Shown in pieces: positions 59,066 through 64,000 of a stretch of 64,000 nt of DNA; the stretch's first letter is position 1, and every line of letters starts with the position of its first letter. Below the pieces are notes generated by a model that was given only the letters and a program-made list of their open reading frames with translations, was not told where the DNA came from and did not search any database. The position numbers and the translations under genes are program-made. Source of the stretch: Seison nebaliae (Eukaryota); contig JALJEE010001644.1 of assembly GCA_023231475.1 (NCBI GenBank), forward strand, positions 1 to 64,000. Direction: 5' to 3'.

Positions 59066-59728
59066 TTAATTTCTTCTAAGATTCTCCAATCTTGCTTCTA
59101 AATCAGCATCGGCCGTATTCATTGATGGTTTTTCAGTTGCTTTTCCTGGTACACCAACCGTCTCATTTGGTGGTTGTAATCCGGCCATCTGTTCTGACAT
59201 TTGGATACCCAATTCATCGAGAACTTTGTTAACTAATTGATCAGTTTCTTCTTCGTCATCATCGTCTCCCAATGCGTCATCGATTGCGTCGTCCATCATC
59301 TCTTCTTTCATATCCATCATTTCTGATTGTTTTTCGAATTCCATCATAATTTTTTGGATTTCAGGAAGATTCATTTGTTTATTCATTCGACCCATCGCTT
59401 GTGCAACTCCTTTCATTGCTTGTGCCATTTTATTACTCGATTTCATTGAAACGATTTTGAGAGAAATGGCTTGAATATTCGCTTTCATTAACATAAATTT
59501 CTTTATTGTTCTCCTCGATCTAGCCACATCTTTCGCTAGAACTTTCACCGCATCCATTTGTCCCGCTTTTGCCATTTTCTTTATATCAGCTATCGTTCGT
59601 TTCTCTTGTTGTTCAATTCTCATTCGTTCTCGATCCAATTCTCTTATGGATCGATTAAGCATTCGTTGATTCTCTTTCAACAACTCATCGGGAGTCTTCC
59701 GATGTCCAAAAAGATTTGATAAAGGCAT
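59066..59728 (-). CDS. CHMP2A: ESCRT-III subunit CHMP2A/Vps2, single exon
   Basis: LFGHRKTPDELLKENQRMLNRSIRELDRER, KKMAKAGQMDAVKVLAKD, MAQAMKGV, MEFEKQSEMMDMKEEM, C-terminal MIM DADLEARLENLRR. Confidence 0.95.
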   Translation of the reverse strand: MPLSNLFGHRKTPDELLKENQRMLNRSIRELDRERMRIEQQEKRTIADIKKMAKAGQMDAVKVLAKDVARSRRTIKKFMLMKANIQAISLKIVSMKSSNKMAQAMKGVAQAMGRMNKQMNLPEIQKIMMEFEKQSEMMDMKEEMMDDAIDDALGDDDDEEETDQLVNKVLDELGIQMSEQMAGLQPPNETVGVPGKATEKPSMNTADADLEARLENLRRN

Positions 59729-61328
59729 TATCAGTTGACAGAAAAATTTCAACTAAAATTGAATGGGAAAATTTGCGATTTGATGAATAATGAAATTTGT
59801 AAAAGTTTCCTTCCTTGATATGACGATTCTATAAAAGACAGAATTTATTAGTAATTATTATTTACTTATTTTCTGATGTTTATTGTGTATTTAGTTCCCA
59901 TTAAATTTTATTTTATATTCAATGAAGCTCTCACTTCATAATTATTACCTCCATAACTCCAATACTTATAGAAATTTGACTTTGAAATGTTTTTGATTAT
60001 AGAATTGATAAAATTCTTTGTCTTTTCTTTTCTCATAAAGAACACATCGGAAGAACTTGATTTGATCCGAGAATATTAGCACATTATACATATAAAGTAT
60101 TTCTATCGATAACCGATAAAATAAAATTTATTCAAGTTAGAGATTCAAACAAAAAACAAAAGTACACCTTCTTTATTATAATTCTATTATATAATCATCC
60201 AGCTAATATCAAAATATCATATTACTATGTCAGTTCTGTTTATGTTATTAAATGATAAGGCGTAAGATAAATTCAACAATAATTTTGTTACTAGAATATT
60301 GCAGAAGAATTATTAAGCACTGCTTAATAAGCAGTTTTTCCACTTGCCAAAATGTCGTAGGTTCATAAAATCAATTTTTTCTCACTCTATATCAGATGAT
60401 ATTGAGAGAAGGTATTGGGAGGGGAGGAAAATCTAATCGGTTTATCATTTAATGCCGATGAAGATAGGTATTGAAGAGTAGAAAAAATTTTAATTGAAAT
60501 TCTGTTAAGAAATTTGAAATTTTAGAACAATTTTAATTTTGTAAAAACTTCAAACTGACAATTGTAAGATAAGTTGCGCAAGAAAGTTTGAAAAAAAACT
60601 TCGCAAATTAATTTTTTAAAATTTATCTTTTCAAAAGTAATTAGTATGTTAGATCTTAAAAAATAAAAAATATTTGTTTTAAAGAAAATTTTGGATTTAT
60701 TTTTGGATTAGGAAAATAGTTAAATTAAATTTGTGTTTTCTCTTGTTTGTTCTCATCAAAATCAATAAATTTTTACTTTGAAAATAGAAAGCCGATTATT
60801 TAGAGAGAATCGCAACATATTTAATATTCAAATTAAGGAAAAGTTGAACTAATTGAAATTTAGGTGATATAGTTCATGAAAATTAATGAGAAGTAAGGCG
60901 ACTATACAAGTCTAAATAAGAATTATGTTATATTTGATGGTGGAGAAACAGATGTGGAACGAATGAATAGAATACGTCGAAGAATTAACTTTGAAAATAT
61001 TGCAAAAGAAATTTCATGTTATTCCTATTTCACTGTCTCCAATTTGTGATAAGATCGATTTGGAGCGCATCCATTTTTTTTCAATTTTATTCAAGAAAAA
61101 CTTCTATATAAAATATACAGCCACGAAACATACTCCCACACACTCACACGTATACACATAAACATATAGAAAAATATATTCATATTTCAAAAAAATTTTT
61201 GATTTATCTCTTTCTCTTTTTTCTTTCTCCTTTTAAAAAAATCTACTTTTTCACAAACTTATCTATTTATTCACACCGTCAATTTCGATTATCCATTCCA
61301 ATAAAACATAAAATCAATTTGTCACAAT

Positions 61329-62226
61329 ATGAGTAATAAGGAACAATATGCTCCATTACAATTGAGATATCAATCAATTTTAAGTAATCTCCTCAAATCG
61401 GATGATAATAAATATTGTGTTGAATGTGATGGGAAAGGTCCCAGATGGGCGTCATGGAATCTTGGCATTTTCTTGTGCATGAGATGTGCAGGAATTCACC
61501 GCAAATTGGGTGTTCACATTTCCCGAGTGAAATCGGTCAATTTAGACACGTGGAAACCACAAGAAATTGCTCAAGTTCAAGATATGGGGAATTCGAGAGC
61601 TCGCGCTGTATATGAAGCACGATTACCAGACAACTATAAGCGACCGCAGACAGATATGGCGTTAGAGCAATTTATTCGAATGAAATATGATCATAAAAAA
61701 TGGATTGCTTCTGAATGGACTGGTGGTATGGTTGAACCGTCACCTGATCTATTCATTCCACATTCTACCAATAATAAATCGTCTAAATTCAATAATATTA
61801 CAAGTAAAAAATCGATGGGATTAGGTCCGATTCGCGCACCAGATACCAAAATGAAAACAAATCAAATTTCAACTCCAACTCCACCGGCGAAAGAAGTGAA
61901 TCTTCTCGACTTAGGTGAGTTTTTTCTTTATAGTTTTTGAAATGAAATAAATTATTTTTATAGATTTCTCTGATAGTCAACCTGCGAAGAGTTTTCAGTT
62001 TCATGATAAATCAAAAGATCATCTATCGATTAGTCAACACACAAAATCATCATCTATTGGAGGAATCACCAATAACAGTTTTGATCCATTCGCTAACACA
62101 GATATGGGAACGAATAAAGTTGAATCGAATAAACAATCCAATAATCAAATGTTGGATGCATTATTTAATAGTTCGAATGACGGGACGAATCACGGATCAT
62201 CATCTCTAAACGATTTATGGAATTAA
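61329..62226 (+). CDS. SMAP1/2-type ArfGAP, 2 exons
   Basis: [50 protein letters not shown] zinc finger, [20 protein letters not shown]. Intron 61915-61963 (GTGAGT..TAG) creates the clathrin box LLDLD across the junction; a DPF motif follows. Confidence 0.88.
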
Positions 62227-62569
62227 ATGACATTTCAAATAAAGGAGGGTTGAATTAAATATCATTCCGAAAAAAATATTATTTTCATTTATTTTAATTA
62301 TTATTGTTGTAATAATAATATATCGACTCTTTTAATTATAACTTCAAACTTATATTGTTAAAATAACATTTTAAACAAATAAAATTTTAATCTAACGGAT
62401 TTCTAGTTTTATATTGTTCGACTAATCATCTATCTGTTGATTGTTAAATAATTCTCTCTATATTTCAAAGTCTATTCTCTACAAAATACATTGCGAACGT
62501 TAATTGTGTCTGTGAGCAGATAGTGTGCATATTCCGTGCACAAAATATATTTTATTAAAATTGAACGTT

Positions 62570-64000
62570 ATGAAGAAAGAAATTAATGTTGATGATGATG
62601 ATGATAATTTTCTTACCTCATCAACGACTACTTCGTCATCCGTTAATGTATTGCATGCAGTCGACGATACGATTTATTATCTGTATGATAAACTCAAATT
62701 GAGATTTCAAAGGAAAAAAACGAAACAGAGAGACGAAAGTAAAAAGAAATATCGGAGAGATGATAAAGATCAGACTTATGCTACTGAATTATCAGATCCA
62801 AACATTAGAGGTGGTGGGAGTGGCGATGATAGTCGTCTGGTAATCGATAATAATGAAGTGACTTATAAGAAACCGGGACGAATAGTAATGCGTCCGAGAA
62901 ACACATTGAGATTTATTGATGAATTACATGAAGCTCAATCACAAATCCAATCAGGATTTCGACATTATAAATATCTCATATTATTTTTCGCTACATTAAT
63001 CGTATTATTACTTCTGATTACCATATTTGCATTTCTTACTTATTATTATGGTGGTTTTGGTGCTGAAGGTTATTTGAATGAAAAGAAAGAAATAGTTACC
63101 GAATTTCTCATATTTCTTGATAAGGATGATATTAATGAAACGATATCGAGGAATATGTATCTGGTGTCATGGAAACCGGAATTCCGTCCTCAATGTGTCA
63201 GTTTATCGGAAACGCGACGTCCCAAAAGTACAAATTTTGCGAGAAAAATTAAACAGTTCGATGAATTGTTTATGGATCGACCGAGTTCAGTAGACGATAA
63301 TGAGAAATTAGTGAAGAACTTTTTAATGTTCTCTTGTTATGGATCGATTGATGAAACGGGTTTAAATCAGAATCTTGAAGAATTAAGTGACACATATAAA
63401 ATATTTGAAGTCAATCCAACTTCTCAATTGTTACGGGCAAAATTCAACGTAATCTCTTTACAAATGAGTCAACGAAAATTATTCGGTCCGATGATCGACA
63501 ATTTCGTCGATGTTCTACAAAGTTCTTATGAAAGTCTTCGATTGAAACATTTCAGACCAGATATTGATCAGTTTATTGAAGAGAAGGAATCGTTCAGCGA
63601 ATACATATCGCAACCATCCGATTATATTGATGAGTTTCCAAAAATATATCAGAAATTAACTGCTTTGTATCAAATGTGTCAATATTCGTTGAAAGATCAA
63701 CATCAACATCATTTAAGAACGAATGATAATCATTTATTGTTATTGAGACGATTGCAATGGTATTTGAAACATGAAGTATTTGACATGAAAGAATTCGTCA
63801 ATGACAATAACGATAAGGAGAATGATTTAACGAAATTAATTAAATCATGGACAATTAATAATGACGAAGATGAAGAAGATAAAGATAATTTATTTGATCT
63901 CATTGGAATTGATGATGAGACGGCAAGGATTTTTTTAAACGATGTTTTACTCAAAAGAAATTTAGGCATTGAATCGATTGATGATTTGAAGGGTTATGCA
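62570..64000 (+). CDS. Partial type II membrane protein, possibly a divergent M13 (neprilysin-like) peptidase; absent from the ORF track
   Basis: Open frame of 477 codons from ATG 62570 to the window end with no stop. TM YLILFFATLIVLLLLITIFAFLTYYY, then PQCV, NFLMFSCYG and KLTALYQMC, which loosely echo M13 N-terminal cysteine motifs. The catalytic region is not visible. Confidence 0.7.
   Translation, partial: MKKEINVDDDDDNFLTSSTTTSSSVNVLHAVDDTIYYLYDKLKLRFQRKKTKQRDESKKKYRRDDKDQTYATELSDPNIRGGGSGDDSRLVIDNNEVTYKKPGRIVMRPRNTLRFIDELHEAQSQIQSGFRHYKYLILFFATLIVLLLLITIFAFLTYYYGGFGAEGYLNEKKEIVTEFLIFLDKDDINETISRNMYLVSWKPEFRPQCVSLSETRRPKSTNFARKIKQFDELFMDRPSSVDDNEKLVKNFLMFSCYGSIDETGLNQNLEELSDTYKIFEVNPTSQLLRAKFNVISLQMSQRKLFGPMIDNFVDVLQSSYESLRLKHFRPDIDQFIEEKESFSEYISQPSDYIDEFPKIYQKLTALYQMCQYSLKDQHQHHLRTNDNHLLLLRRLQWYLKHEVFDMKEFVNDNNDKENDLTKLIKSWTINNDEDEEDKDNLFDLIGIDDETARIFLNDVLLKRNLGIESIDDLKGYA

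Overview
AT-rich, gene-dense animal (metazoan) genomic DNA with about 23 protein-coding genes and no recognisable rRNA, tRNA, CRISPR or intact transposon. Recognisable genes: AK2, POLR3K (in one open frame with an upstream BORCS7-like coiled coil), VMP1, TRIP13/PCH2, ADK, a Prop/unc-42 homeobox, stum/SPEC3-like, LRRC34, MFSD5, a degenerate Delta/Serrate-like protein, a TDP-43-like protein, PKN, G-alpha-o, ABAT, CHMP2A and an SMAP-type ArfGAP, plus several orphans. The ORF track is fragmented by very short introns, which I rebuilt by hand from protein homology and reading frame. Of 56 inferred introns, 55 are 41-61 nt long, 53 begin GTT rather than the usual animal GTA/GTG, and 19 end in AAG. 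This points to a rewired splice-site recognition system and is the most striking signal. Other highlights: a secreted bacterial-type thermonuclease carrying two host-style introns (probable domesticated horizontal transfer), the BORCS7-like/POLR3K continuous ORF, micro-exons, and operon-like gene spacing. The compact, AT-rich, mini-intron style suggests a small invertebrate, possibly a spiralian such as a rotifer relative, but the organism cannot be established here. All gene models and family assignments are manual, from recalled motifs, with no database search.
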